Shown here: positions 9,341 to 19,227 of the stretch, piece by piece
How the letters are laid out: each line of letters begins with the position of its first letter
Position numbering within the stretch: position 1 is the first letter of the stretch
DNA from: a virus
Lineage: Duplodnaviria > Heunggongvirae > Uroviricota > Caudoviricetes
DNA: 64,000 nucleotides
Virus record (IMG/VR): IMGVR_UViG_2974594660_000001
Location: 1 to 64,000 of that record
Reading direction: 5' to 3' (one strand)
Translations under genes and position numbers: made by a program
Notes under the pieces: generated by a model
Told to the model about the DNA's origin: nothing
Databases searched by the model: none
The model's input: only the letters and a program-made list of their open reading frames with translations

Positions 9341-11186
9341 CTAAAAGATCTCCAACTGTACAATCAGTTAAATCAACAGGGATTTCCCAAGCTACGATTT
9401 CAAAGTGTCTGAACTCTGATTTATAAACACCGACAGAGTTTTCTCCATTGACTGACAATAAGTAAATACCATTATTGGTTAATCCAGAAGATAATCGTTC
9501 AGCCTCAGCTAATTGTCTAGCTCTTTCAGCCTCAGCCTCTAATCGAATACGCTCTTCTTCTGCACGTAATCTTTCTGCTTCAGCCCTTGCTTCTTCTGCG
9601 AAAGTATTGATATTACTTTCGGTTACTCCGACTATTAAATCTGAGACATAGCTGTACATATCAGAGCCATGAACCAGATTATATAAACCTCTACCATTTA
9701 TGGTACTAATCTTCATGATGGTTCCGGAGTTTGCCATTTCAGACATTGCAAATGTTAAACCAATTCTTCTCTGGCTTTCGCTTCGGTTAAGACTATTAGG
9801 ACTAATGAAAACATTACTTCCAACTATTGGTACTGATAAATCTAGTAAACCTGAATCATAAACACTAGTTGGATCAATAATACCTAGATCATGCTCAACT
9901 CCAGAACTCACCCAACCTGTTGCTGGAAGTCTGGTTGATGAAATTTTATCATTTCGTAGTGGCTTGTTGACAATATACTTAACACCATTAACTTCGTATA
10001 CTGATCCTATTCGTAAACCATAAACATTAACTTGTTCTTGTGTTAATGTCCTTGGTGCAACAAAAGATTCGACATCATTTTTATTTATAAGGACGCGATG
10101 CATACTATGTACTACATCACCTCTATGGTTGTATACACAAATAACCAAGTGTTCATTGTCACTTACACCCATTACTAAACCAATGTTTTGGCATAAAGGC
10201 CTAGCATCTACTTCACCATAAGTGTGTGGTTTTATTCGTACGAAACGTCCTGACCAGTTTTCATCTGTTAATGGTAAGTTTTCTGGAGTTTCAGCTTCTG
10301 TCTCGTTGATTTCATCAACTAGCTCTTGCAAATCAACAGAAACACCCTCTGGGCTATCACCGTTCTTTACACGAATAATGTTGTTACAGAATGTTTCCAG
10401 ATTTGTTCCTGTCATTCCGGGGGCTGTATTGACTTCTAAGACCCAGCAATTATCCATTCTGGTGATAACATCAACAGCTCCGTAATCAAGCCCTAAAGCA
10501 CTTACAGACTGAACTGCTGCAACCTTTGCACTATCGATTACATCAGCGTTTTGGGTAGCATAAATCCAACCTGTGTGATAGTTTCGTACAACATTGCTGT
10601 ACTCTTCCATCTCACGATACCCATCACGGCGGCGTTTTTGTTGTACATAAGTAACAACACCATTCATGACATGGATTCGGAATTCACGACGTTGTTCTGT
10701 TAAACCTTTTGTGTACAGGTTTGCATTAACCAAAGATGTGCTTGTTTCAACAGAAGATCCAATATCAGCCAATTGTGATAAAAGATTTTCGTTAGCACAT
10801 ACAACAATACCAGCACCAGAGTGACCTTGCAATTGAGTACGAGCATAAACAACTGAGCCATTATCCATCCATTGTTGTGCTTCTTCACGATCAGTTGTAC
10901 TTTCAACAATTGGAATATTGTTTTCACGGAGAATATTCATTGCTGTTCGTTTGTTTGAAGCGTTAGAAATGGCTTGAGGGTGGTTTAAAATTCTTGCACT
11001 ACCAATAATACTTTCTGGCAAAGAAGAAGAACCATAGTTAACAATCAAATCACCTCTGCGACCTCGGAAAGTTGATCCAGTTGATCGTATTTTAATAATA
11101 CGCTGATCTTCCATTCCATTGATTTGTTCACGGATTAAGTTTACTGTATCGGATGGTGCATGAGAGAAAATTGCTAATCTTGACAT
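9321..11186 (-). CDS. ATP-grasp amidoligase (RimK-like N-terminal half) fused to an uncharacterised C-terminal domain with an Ala/Glu/Arg-rich coiled coil
   Basis: Motifs GHSGAGIVVC, REFRIHVMNGVV and WVLEVNTAPGM (the ATP-grasp E-x-N...PG signature). The C-terminal 300 aa includes AEEARAEAERLRAEEERIRLEAEAERARQLAEAERL. Confidence 0.6.
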   Translation of the reverse strand: MSRLAIFSHAPSDTVNLIREQINGMEDQRIIKIRSTGSTFRGRRGDLIVNYGSSSLPESIIGSARILNHPQAISNASNKRTAMNILRENNIPIVESTTDREEAQQWMDNGSVVYARTQLQGHSGAGIVVCANENLLSQLADIGSSVETSTSLVNANLYTKGLTEQRREFRIHVMNGVVTYVQQKRRRDGYREMEEYSNVVRNYHTGWIYATQNADVIDSAKVAAVQSVSALGLDYGAVDVITRMDNCWVLEVNTAPGMTGTNLETFCNNIIRVKNGDSPEGVSVDLQELVDEINETEAETPENLPLTDENWSGRFVRIKPHTYGEVDARPLCQNIGLVMGVSDNEHLVICVYNHRGDVVHSMHRVLINKNDVESFVAPRTLTQEQVNVYGLRIGSVYEVNGVKYIVNKPLRNDKISSTRLPATGWVSSGVEHDLGIIDPTSVYDSGLLDLSVPIVGSNVFISPNSLNRSESQRRIGLTFAMSEMANSGTIMKISTINGRGLYNLVHGSDMYSYVSDLIVGVTESNINTFAEEARAEAERLRAEEERIRLEAEAERARQLAEAERLSSGLTNNGIYLLSVNGENSVGVYKSEFRHFEIVAWEIPVDLTDCTVGDLLGELQTN

Positions 11187-11187
11187 T

Positions 11188-11421
11188 TTATTTACCTTTA
11201 GTTTGGAGTTTTAGTTCGCTTTCTTTTCTTGATAATCGAATTGTGATCTTGTTAATACTTTCCTCTAGATTTACATACCGATTCATTGCGGCTTCAAATT
11301 CAAGAGGTGTTTTTGCATTTATAACTTCTTTGTACACATAGAATTGGGAGAATAATCTCCCTTCTAATAAACGCTTTAAAGTATTAATATCTCGTTTTAA
11401 CAACTTGCTTTGAGAAACCAT
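11188..11421 (-). CDS. hypothetical small protein
   Basis: 77 aa ORF. Confidence 0.3.
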   Translation of the reverse strand: MVSQSKLLKRDINTLKRLLEGRLFSQFYVYKEVINAKTPLEFEAAMNRYVNLEESINKITIRLSRKESELKLQTKGK

Positions 11422-11642
11422 TATGGTTTAATACCTTTTAAATGACAGTACTCGTTAAGCATCATGTAGATACTAACAGGGAAAGGAATAATTACATCCT
11501 CTCCTTTCTTTTCTTTATACACCTTAACTTGGTATTCACGCACAGCCCTGAGGAGATCACTCCCGTGATCCGTCATTGGCATTTTACGGACTACGACTGG
11601 CTTGTCAAGACGCAATACTTTTGCTTCTTTCATTTCTTCCAT
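11421..11642 (-). CDS. hypothetical small protein
   Basis: 73 aa ORF. Confidence 0.3.
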   Translation of the reverse strand: MEEMKEAKVLRLDKPVVVRKMPMTDHGSDLLRAVREYQVKVYKEKKGEDVIIPFPVSIYMMLNEYCHLKGIKP

Positions 11643-11643
11643 T

Positions 11644-13446
11644 TTAAACTACTCCTTGACAATTAGGACAAATTGGCTTCTGACCTTGGAACGATGTTAG
11701 TGGTGCTTCACTCCAAGGGATCCTGTGAAAACAAGAGCTACACTCATTCATCTTTTCCCAATTACTTTTAGAAACCTTGAAACCATTTCTAAGGGTTTTA
11801 CGAAAAGCTGTGTCACCACCTGTTTGGTTTGATTTGAAGACTTTTTCACACTCTTTGCAACAGGATACATCTGTTGTTGACATTTCTGATGGCTCAAATT
11901 CTTTTGCACAAAATCGGCAAACTTCTTTCTCGACCACCTTATTATCTAAATGTGTACCCATAACTTCAGTATAACACTCATCACAACAGAAAGCAACATC
12001 ATGTACAATAATTGTTTCTGGTACGTCTTCAAAATCAATAGGTGAACTACAATTTGCACAAGTCTGCATATCACCCTTACGAATCCACTGCTGTTCCGTG
12101 AAAGTCTCACCTGTCACAGTAGTAAGCTCCTGTGTTGGTGTATCTTCAGATAGACTATCAATGACTTCTTCAATTGTGTCATCCACGTACTCTGGGATAC
12201 TTGTTAATTTTTTATTTAAATCAACTAGAATTGCAGAAGCATCCATTCGGACTACATCATTAGGATTTTTTAAATCCTTAACCATGATATGAACACAGTG
12301 GTTCATAAAGTAAGCAGATGTGATTTCAGCAGAGTAAGATTTCTCTCTCTCAACTTCTTCAGGACGAATACCGTGGCATTGAATTTCGATATACTCATCT
12401 TCATTATTGATCCAACCAATTAATTGTGCTCTGTCAGAATTTCTTCCGTATGGTCGGATGTCTAATGCTTCGAAGATAATACGATCACCAATCTTCTTGT
12501 TAGGAAGTACAGATTTGATAATCGCATTTACACCAGCATGTGGGTCTTTATTATTTACTTTGTTCGGAAAAGATTTTTTACTATAGTTGCCATAGTTATA
12601 AAGGTTGTCATCATCATAACTCCGGTTCCAGTATGAGTACTTGGGAAAGGTAGGAAGCGTATGCTTCTTTTCCTCCTTTAATGTCATGTTAGTGGCATCA
12701 AAGATATACTGAACACCAACTTCACATTCAAAGTGGCGTTTTACTGTTGGAGAATACTTCTTGCGATTAAGAATCCACATCAACATTTCTTCTTCAGAGG
12801 CACCATACCATTCACCAGTATTAGTCTCTGCTAAATGGAAAGGGCGTTCTTCATTTCGTAGAATGTTTAATGTTTTTTCATTATCATCAAACCACACTAA
12901 TGTGAACGCACCATCCAATTTCTGAACTGTTTCATCGATTCCAATTTTTGCAATAGAGTGACAGATGTTTTCACTATCTACTTCAAAATCTTTACTATCT
13001 GGCAATAAACCTTGGTCAATTAATGTTCCATTATGAACAAGAGTGATATGCCCATGTGTAAATGGATGAGCATTTTTTGCATTAATAGCACCTTGTGTTG
13101 CATAACGGTTATGACCAACCATAATGCTTGGGCGTACTGTTGATTTAGTATATGTTTTACCAGTTGAAGTTACAGTGTACTCTTCACGTTCACTGACCTC
13201 TTTGAACAATGGGGAGCGGGAGAATTGATCACCTGGGATTGCTTCTTTAGCCCAGATTAAATCCATCTCTTTTCCATCTTTAAAGACAGAATAAACACCA
13301 GTAGAATGTTCTCCTCGGAAAGTATCACAGAATAATAATTTCTGGAATACTCCAACTTCATTTGCAGTTAAAGTAGTTTTTGTCCCAGCTAGTACAATAC
13401 CACACATATTTAATAATCCTTGTTTTACATTTAATTTTAAACACAA
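11644..13446 (-). CDS. class-II (Ntn) glutamine amidotransferase fused to a C-terminal multi-CxxC zinc-ribbon region
   Basis: Starts MCGIV, with the catalytic Cys directly after Met as in Ntn GATases. The C-terminal about 170 aa carries six or more CxxC pairs (CANCSS, CCDECY, CRFCAKEF, CCKECEK, CSSCFH, CPNC). Confidence 0.7.
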   Translation of the reverse strand: MCLKLNVKQGLLNMCGIVLAGTKTTLTANEVGVFQKLLFCDTFRGEHSTGVYSVFKDGKEMDLIWAKEAIPGDQFSRSPLFKEVSEREEYTVTSTGKTYTKSTVRPSIMVGHNRYATQGAINAKNAHPFTHGHITLVHNGTLIDQGLLPDSKDFEVDSENICHSIAKIGIDETVQKLDGAFTLVWFDDNEKTLNILRNEERPFHLAETNTGEWYGASEEEMLMWILNRKKYSPTVKRHFECEVGVQYIFDATNMTLKEEKKHTLPTFPKYSYWNRSYDDDNLYNYGNYSKKSFPNKVNNKDPHAGVNAIIKSVLPNKKIGDRIIFEALDIRPYGRNSDRAQLIGWINNEDEYIEIQCHGIRPEEVEREKSYSAEITSAYFMNHCVHIMVKDLKNPNDVVRMDASAILVDLNKKLTSIPEYVDDTIEEVIDSLSEDTPTQELTTVTGETFTEQQWIRKGDMQTCANCSSPIDFEDVPETIIVHDVAFCCDECYTEVMGTHLDNKVVEKEVCRFCAKEFEPSEMSTTDVSCCKECEKVFKSNQTGGDTAFRKTLRNGFKVSKSNWEKMNECSSCFHRIPWSEAPLTSFQGQKPICPNCQGVV

Positions 13447-13477
13447 TTTAAGCCCCTGTTTCTAGGGGGCTTTTACT
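13447..13477. terminator. GC hairpin between two genes; possible terminator of ambiguous strand
   Basis: AGCCCCT-GTTTCT-AGGGGGCT with T-rich flanks. Confidence 0.3.
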
Positions 13478-15052
13478 TTAAATAGTACGTCGCCAGTTTA
13501 GATATTCTTGTAGAACATCCGGATCTCGGAAGAACCAACCAGGCTCAAACGTAGACTCTAATGAGTTCATAACAGTCTGGATTTTATTTACCCAAGAGAA
13601 AGTAGGCAATAATGGCTTACTATCAGGTAGTCGATACTCGGTTCTGGTAGAAAGGACGTTACGTGTATGATCCCAACCAGCTGTGTGATAGGAGCCACGT
13701 GTCATGTTATAAACTCTATCCCCTTGGACTGATGTTTCTTCTGGGATTAAAGTTGTAATAGTTCTGCGTCGAATTTTACTACGAGACAGAATATCATTAC
13801 ATAACTTATAACCAATGCTAAGGTCTTTCGAGAAATCTGGACACTTCTTAGGTAAACCTTTACGGATTACTTTCTCAATAGGTGTACTATTAAGCATTTC
13901 TAAGAACTCTTCGTCAGTCCCCTCAAAACCCTTAGCAACCTCTTTAAGAGATAAGAATCTATTTACCAGTCGAATAAGACGACCTTTACGCCATTTGGCT
14001 TCAGAGATACGGAATTCAATTGAACCAAAAGAAGACATTGGACAAAGGTTCATTGCTGTATACTTATTCCAGTTAACAACAATGTGTGATAAGAAGTTTT
14101 CTTTATTCCAATTATCAGATAAGATATCAATATATTCCTGAGCAAAACCTAAAGCCACACAGAAGTTATTACGATATCGGTGGAAACCAGAGCAACGGAA
14201 TAAAGGACGTTCATAGAATAAATAAGCCAGAATCATCTTCTTGACTTCTTCTTCTGTCATATCACGTACATCGACATGAACATGAGTTGAACAACGCCAT
14301 GTTTCATCTGGTGTGTTATTGAAAAGGAATGAATCGATTTCAATAGCAGCGTTATATAAATCTCGACCTCCCCAAGGAGATGAGCAAACATATTCGATAC
14401 CACCATTACGGAGTGAACCATCTTCTTTCGAAGACCAATACTGGAATCGTGGATGAGAAACTTCACCTAGGTTTTCTAGTTCAATTTCTACACCCGCTAA
14501 ATTAGTACCTACAATCAAAGGATGACTTTCAATTGTTGGATAACTAGCTCTCATTCCAAAAGTGCTAGCAACTGTTGGCATTGTTATAACCTCTGTGTTT
14601 CCTGAAATTGGTTGATTTGGAATTGTTCTTCTTGCTCTTGGTATATTAAAACCAAAAAGACCACTTTGATAATGTTCTGATCTGAATGAATCAGGTTCTT
14701 CATTCTCTTGATCTTCAGGTGTCCCATACCACTCATCAACAATAGCCTCATCTTGTGATGATTCTTCTACTGGAACCTCAATATCGATAGAGTCTTCAAT
14801 AACCTGAGAACTCACATCCTCAACAGATCGTGTTGTCATTCTGCTGACCAACTCATCCCAGTTTATAGGACTTGGAGAAGCATAAATCATAGATGAAATA
14901 TCATGATCAGTTGTTCTCTGATTACTGGAGGTTGGTTCAGGGTGAGGTTCAGTTCTTCTTTGGGTATAAGAAGGGGCAGTGCTCCTGTTTGTCATTGCCC
15001 GTGTTGATGAGTTATTATTAGACCACCTTATTCCTCGATAACTACCTGGCAT
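13478..15052 (-). CDS. GCS2/YbdK-like carboxylate-amine ligase domain with a long acidic, Ser/Thr-rich N-terminal extension
   Basis: GVEIELENL and CSTHVHVDV resemble the GIELE and HVHVG motifs of gamma-glutamyl-cysteine-ligase-2 family amidoligases. The N-terminal 200 aa is low-complexity. Confidence 0.5.
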   Translation of the reverse strand: MPGSYRGIRWSNNNSSTRAMTNRSTAPSYTQRRTEPHPEPTSSNQRTTDHDISSMIYASPSPINWDELVSRMTTRSVEDVSSQVIEDSIDIEVPVEESSQDEAIVDEWYGTPEDQENEEPDSFRSEHYQSGLFGFNIPRARRTIPNQPISGNTEVITMPTVASTFGMRASYPTIESHPLIVGTNLAGVEIELENLGEVSHPRFQYWSSKEDGSLRNGGIEYVCSSPWGGRDLYNAAIEIDSFLFNNTPDETWRCSTHVHVDVRDMTEEEVKKMILAYLFYERPLFRCSGFHRYRNNFCVALGFAQEYIDILSDNWNKENFLSHIVVNWNKYTAMNLCPMSSFGSIEFRISEAKWRKGRLIRLVNRFLSLKEVAKGFEGTDEEFLEMLNSTPIEKVIRKGLPKKCPDFSKDLSIGYKLCNDILSRSKIRRRTITTLIPEETSVQGDRVYNMTRGSYHTAGWDHTRNVLSTRTEYRLPDSKPLLPTFSWVNKIQTVMNSLESTFEPGWFFRDPDVLQEYLNWRRTI

Positions 15053-15627
15053 TCTGGAAATCCTTCATTTAAATAAGGGATAAGATATCTTGCTTCGCTG
15101 AAGATTGTGATGGTTTCACCATCTTTTGTTCCAATCTTAGCACCTTTATAATCGATATCACCATTATCACGTTTAAAGAATACCTCATTGACGATTCTCT
15201 CATCTGTCTGAGGTTGATAAAAAGCATACATAAATCGATGACTAAAAGTAGGATAACCTCTTAGTTTACGATCATTGATACCTTTCTTGGTTGAACGGCA
15301 TGATGAATAAGTAATCCAATATGGCGTGTTATTATAAACCGTGTAATGTGAATCAGGTGGATCAAGAACAAGGTTTTCCGAAGTCATCGGGACTTGTGTA
15401 GAATGTTGTCGCCCATCAGATGTTATACGATATCCAGTGAACACTAAAGCATTTTCTGCTTCAACACTGAATTCCATATCACGTCGTTCAGATCTTGACA
15501 TGTTGTCAAAATCAAGAATGGAATCATCATTGTAGACACTTTCAACATAAAAGGGGACTAGCCCCTCATCTGTTTTTAGTCCAACGTATGTTCCACTATA
15601 ATACATATTGAAATCATCGGCTAACAT
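15028..15627 (-). CDS. hypothetical protein
   Basis: 199 aa ORF inside the amidoligase cluster. Confidence 0.4.
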   Translation of the reverse strand: MLADDFNMYYSGTYVGLKTDEGLVPFYVESVYNDDSILDFDNMSRSERRDMEFSVEAENALVFTGYRITSDGRQHSTQVPMTSENLVLDPPDSHYTVYNNTPYWITYSSCRSTKKGINDRKLRGYPTFSHRFMYAFYQPQTDERIVNEVFFKRDNGDIDYKGAKIGTKDGETITIFSEARYLIPYLNEGFPECQVVIEE

Positions 15628-15630
15628 GTT

Positions 15631-16437
15631 TTACATTACCTTTAATAATTTAATCAATGCTTCTGCTGAACGTTTATCATTTTCATTAATGACACGCTGG
15701 ATTTCTTTTGGGTCAACCTTTGCCACTAGCTCTTTAAATGAGCCCTCTTTAAGGGCACCAAAAGCTTTATGAGATTGATCCCAAGCCCATTTTCGATTCT
15801 CTTCTTTAGCAATCCAGAAGTTCGACAATGTGCGGTATTCGATACCATATGTTTTATAGCGACATGCACCAGCTTTACCATATAGTTCACGACGACGATC
15901 ATCGTTATCTAATAACAAGGATGGTACACCTAAGAAGAAGTCACACATAACACCCAGAATGCTCTGATTCATTTGTGTTACATCTAATTCACCCTCAAAA
16001 CCAATGTGGATATGCCCACCAGCTGTACGAAGACCTGGATCAGCTGCTTTAGGTTTTGGGTTTCGTGTACCAGTTAAGGCATTATAATCTGGCTCACAAC
16101 CAAAGATAAATGCGCTTTTATGGAAACTAGTCAGTTCTGCTTGAGAGAAGATATGAGAACTCACGCCCTCGGCAATTGACATGCCAATTTTATTTGCTTC
16201 CGTGTAACAAGCAGAAATGCCACGAGCCATGTTATCATTGAAACCAGCCCATGTTTCATGTGGGTTGATATCATATTCAATTAGCACGTTATCTTCCTGA
16301 ATACGCACATCTTCAGACAAATGCTTTTTCTCTTCTTTACTGGCACCAAGTCGTCCAGCGAAAGATCCGATTAAACCTGTTTTAATATCAAAACCTAGTA
16401 ACTCTGGATCAGAACCGATAGTTAATTTAAAGCTCAT
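15631..16437 (-). CDS. putative amidoligase (carboxylate-amine ligase-like)
   Basis: IGSDPELLGFD and GGHIHIGFEGE resemble amidoligase and GCS2-type motifs. It is co-clustered with ATP-grasp and GAT-II genes. Confidence 0.45.
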   Translation of the reverse strand: MSFKLTIGSDPELLGFDIKTGLIGSFAGRLGASKEEKKHLSEDVRIQEDNVLIEYDINPHETWAGFNDNMARGISACYTEANKIGMSIAEGVSSHIFSQAELTSFHKSAFIFGCEPDYNALTGTRNPKPKAADPGLRTAGGHIHIGFEGELDVTQMNQSILGVMCDFFLGVPSLLLDNDDRRRELYGKAGACRYKTYGIEYRTLSNFWIAKEENRKWAWDQSHKAFGALKEGSFKELVAKVDPKEIQRVINENDKRSAEALIKLLKVM

Positions 16438-16449
16438 TTTATTTACCTT

Positions 16450-17382
16450 TTAAGCGAATGGGTTAATATTGTTTTCAACCAGAAATGTTTCCATTTCAAC
16501 AACCAGTTTAGGGATTTGGAACCCTCTGTGATTTACGGTAACAACTTCTTCCGTTCCATCACGTCTATGATCCCCAGTAACACTTGGATCAGAGAGGAAA
16601 TGTGTATCGTTCTCAACACTTAGACAATCGATTAACTTTCTTCCACGACCATTGAAACGCGATAATCGTCTACCAAATCCATCATCTCTACGATAATATC
16701 CTTGGTTTTTCCATTCTTCCTGTACGAAACAGTCATCTTGGAAATCACCTGACATCATTCTTATTAAAGATCTTTTACCAAATGAGGCAGGACTTACCCA
16801 GTTCGTTTCACCTACCCATTGTACTGAGTAAGATCTTGAAAAAGCACCAACATTGCTGTGGAGTAGATGGGCAACGATAGCAGAAAAAGATGGTCTATAA
16901 CCCCAACCAATCATGTCGGTGTACATTCTGGATATAGTACTACCAGTGGTTAGGTTTCTTGCCAAGAATAAACCAGTTATGATCTTATCTGCTTTGTTAT
17001 CTTTAATGTGGGCACGAACAACTTTCAAGATAGGGTGTACCGAAATGCACCCATTGTATATTTTAAGATCATCGAAAATAGCTTGAAGATGTTTTATAAC
17101 ACTCTTTTCAGCTCTTTCCCTTTTATTTAAAGAAGTCATTTCTTCTTCTGTTATGAAGTTGAAATTACCAACATTGTTCTCCCAAATACTTGGGTTATTA
17201 ATGTTAGCACTTATAGAAAATTCAATAAAAGAATGAAGATTCTTATTATCATTTCCTACAATAACTCCTGGGTGACGTTGATCTCTTACACCACCCCATC
17301 CAGATGATGCCATTTTACCAAAGCATGGGGCACTTGGTACATGCCCCTTTACCCCAGTCTTCAATGCTACGCTATATTCCAT
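16450..17382 (-). CDS. hypothetical protein
   Basis: 310 aa ORF. Confidence 0.4.
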   Translation of the reverse strand: MEYSVALKTGVKGHVPSAPCFGKMASSGWGGVRDQRHPGVIVGNDNKNLHSFIEFSISANINNPSIWENNVGNFNFITEEEMTSLNKRERAEKSVIKHLQAIFDDLKIYNGCISVHPILKVVRAHIKDNKADKIITGLFLARNLTTGSTISRMYTDMIGWGYRPSFSAIVAHLLHSNVGAFSRSYSVQWVGETNWVSPASFGKRSLIRMMSGDFQDDCFVQEEWKNQGYYRRDDGFGRRLSRFNGRGRKLIDCLSVENDTHFLSDPSVTGDHRRDGTEEVVTVNHRGFQIPKLVVEMETFLVENNINPFA

Positions 17383-18311
17383 TTTTTATACTCCTCGTAA
17401 ATGGTTTTAGCTAAGTCTAAGAAGATTTCAATGGTGATTTGTTTTGATGAGATCTCATTTGGAATTAATAAGTCCCCATTCATTTCATCACTGAGGAATG
17501 TGTGAGTTAATGTTAAACTCTCTTTGTTTCGATCAAATTGACCTGCATCACCGCCATCATAGTGACCAAATCGACCATAACCGTTTTCAGTATCGCCCCA
17601 ATCGCCCTGATAGATTTGTTTAAAATCACCAGTACACATGTTCTTGAAATCTTCCAAAGTGGCATCGTAGTGTGGAAGAATAGTTGAGTCGTAATCAACA
17701 ATATTCAAGTATGTGTTGCCAGAGTAATCTGTACACATATAAAACATCTGAGATATCATGAATGAGAAGTGCCAATCAAACCCTTCATCAGTTAACATTT
17801 TAAACACCCGACCAATGTCAGTATCATTTAAAATATTTCGGATCATCATAGCTGGCAATAATGTCTTCTGCATATTCAAACCTTTAGTTTTTATTTCAAA
17901 ACCATAGACTTTCATCATTGCAGATTCATTATCGATATGATACTCTTCTTCTTCATAATCAGGGACAACATATTCACCAAAGGTGATATGATCAAACATC
18001 CCATTACTCATTGGATTTTTAAGAACCTTATCAGTTAACTGTTTAAGGAATTCTTCTGAATCCATATCCCCACGAACTTGTTTGAATATGTATTTTTCTG
18101 ATGAGAATCGATCACTTGGGTAGTAAATAACGCTTTCAAGATTGCTTGAAGAGATATTATCAAGTGGTACATCTTCCCAGTCTTCATTTTCAACAACACA
18201 GTCTAAATCAGACAGCATACCAAAGCATGGGACGTCTTCTCGGAACATCCAGCCGTTCTCACCTACTAATGTTAGATACATCTTATTCCTCTGTTTCTTC
18301 ACCAATACCAC
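17367..18311 (-). CDS. hypothetical acidic protein
   Basis: 314 aa ORF. Confidence 0.4.
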   Translation of the reverse strand: MVLVKKQRNKMYLTLVGENGWMFREDVPCFGMLSDLDCVVENEDWEDVPLDNISSSNLESVIYYPSDRFSSEKYIFKQVRGDMDSEEFLKQLTDKVLKNPMSNGMFDHITFGEYVVPDYEEEEYHIDNESAMMKVYGFEIKTKGLNMQKTLLPAMMIRNILNDTDIGRVFKMLTDEGFDWHFSFMISQMFYMCTDYSGNTYLNIVDYDSTILPHYDATLEDFKNMCTGDFKQIYQGDWGDTENGYGRFGHYDGGDAGQFDRNKESLTLTHTFLSDEMNGDLLIPNEISSKQITIEIFLDLAKTIYEEYKKWNIA

Positions 18312-18552
18312 GAAGTTGATTTACATACACTTGCTTACCATCTTTTCCAGTAACAGTGCATTGTCCAGTTAAAACTCGGAAAGTTGTATCTCGGCTTAGG
18401 TCGTATTGGGCCAGAACACAGTCTTTAAACTGTATGCCTCTGAAGTAACCGAGAGTAATAACTAGTACCAAGAAAATAAGAAGCGCTAGATAACGCTTCT
18501 TGAAATATTTCTTTGATATTTGATTGTACTTGTCTTTAACAGTAATAATCAT
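18283..18552 (-). CDS. small membrane protein
   Basis: One predicted TM helix (LALLIFLVLVITLGYF). Confidence 0.35.
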   Translation of the reverse strand: MIITVKDKYNQISKKYFKKRYLALLIFLVLVITLGYFRGIQFKDCVLAQYDLSRDTTFRVLTGQCTVTGKDGKQVYVNQLRGIGEETEE

Positions 18553-18941
18553 TTTTGTTCAGCCTTTAATTCTTCAAACATTTTATCCAGATTGCGAACA
18601 TGCTCTTCTGTTTCATGGATAAACTGCTTGATTTGAGCTTGACGGAATTTAATTTCACCTAAAGCTAATAATGATTCACCATAGGAATCAGCAAACATGC
18701 GACGTGAGTACTCAAGAGCGCGGTTGCAACCTTTACCCTTATTATCAATTTGATTTTGTCGAATCTGACTTTTAAGATCAGTCAATACTGATGATAATTG
18801 AATTCGGACGATACGAGCTGCTGCCATTTCACGATTAGTGTTCTTTAAATCTTTTCGGGCTTGGTCTAAATTAGCACCAATTGCTTTCAGAGAAAATTCG
18901 ATAGAAGATAATGTAGTTGTTTTAGCAGTTGCTTTAGTCAT
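18549..18941 (-). CDS. hypothetical protein
   Basis: 130 aa ORF. Confidence 0.35.
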   Translation of the reverse strand: MTKATAKTTTLSSIEFSLKAIGANLDQARKDLKNTNREMAAARIVRIQLSSVLTDLKSQIRQNQIDNKGKGCNRALEYSRRMFADSYGESLLALGEIKFRQAQIKQFIHETEEHVRNLDKMFEELKAEQK

Positions 18942-19006
18942 GATTAAATACCTTTTAATAAACGATTAATTAAGTTAAATTTTTCTTTCAAAGAAGTTTA
19001 CAAATA

Positions 19007-19216
19007 TTACTTGGAGGAGATAATTTCTTCACCAGTGATAGCTTTTACTGCTGTAAGTGCTTTCTCAGCACCTGCCTGTTCCTGCTTCATTGTTTTCAAC
19101 TCTTTTTCAGCAGTTGTGATGTTTTCTTTATTTTCAGATAAGAACAAAACAAGGTCATCACGAACTTTGGTAAAAGAAGAAAGGATAGAAGACAATGATT
19201 TTTTAGATGAGAACAT
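19007..19216 (-). CDS. hypothetical small coiled-coil protein
   Basis: 69 aa ORF. Confidence 0.3.
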   Translation of the reverse strand: MFSSKKSLSSILSSFTKVRDDLVLFLSENKENITTAEKELKTMKQEQAGAEKALTAVKAITGEEIISSK

Positions 19217-19227
19217 TTTGATACCTC

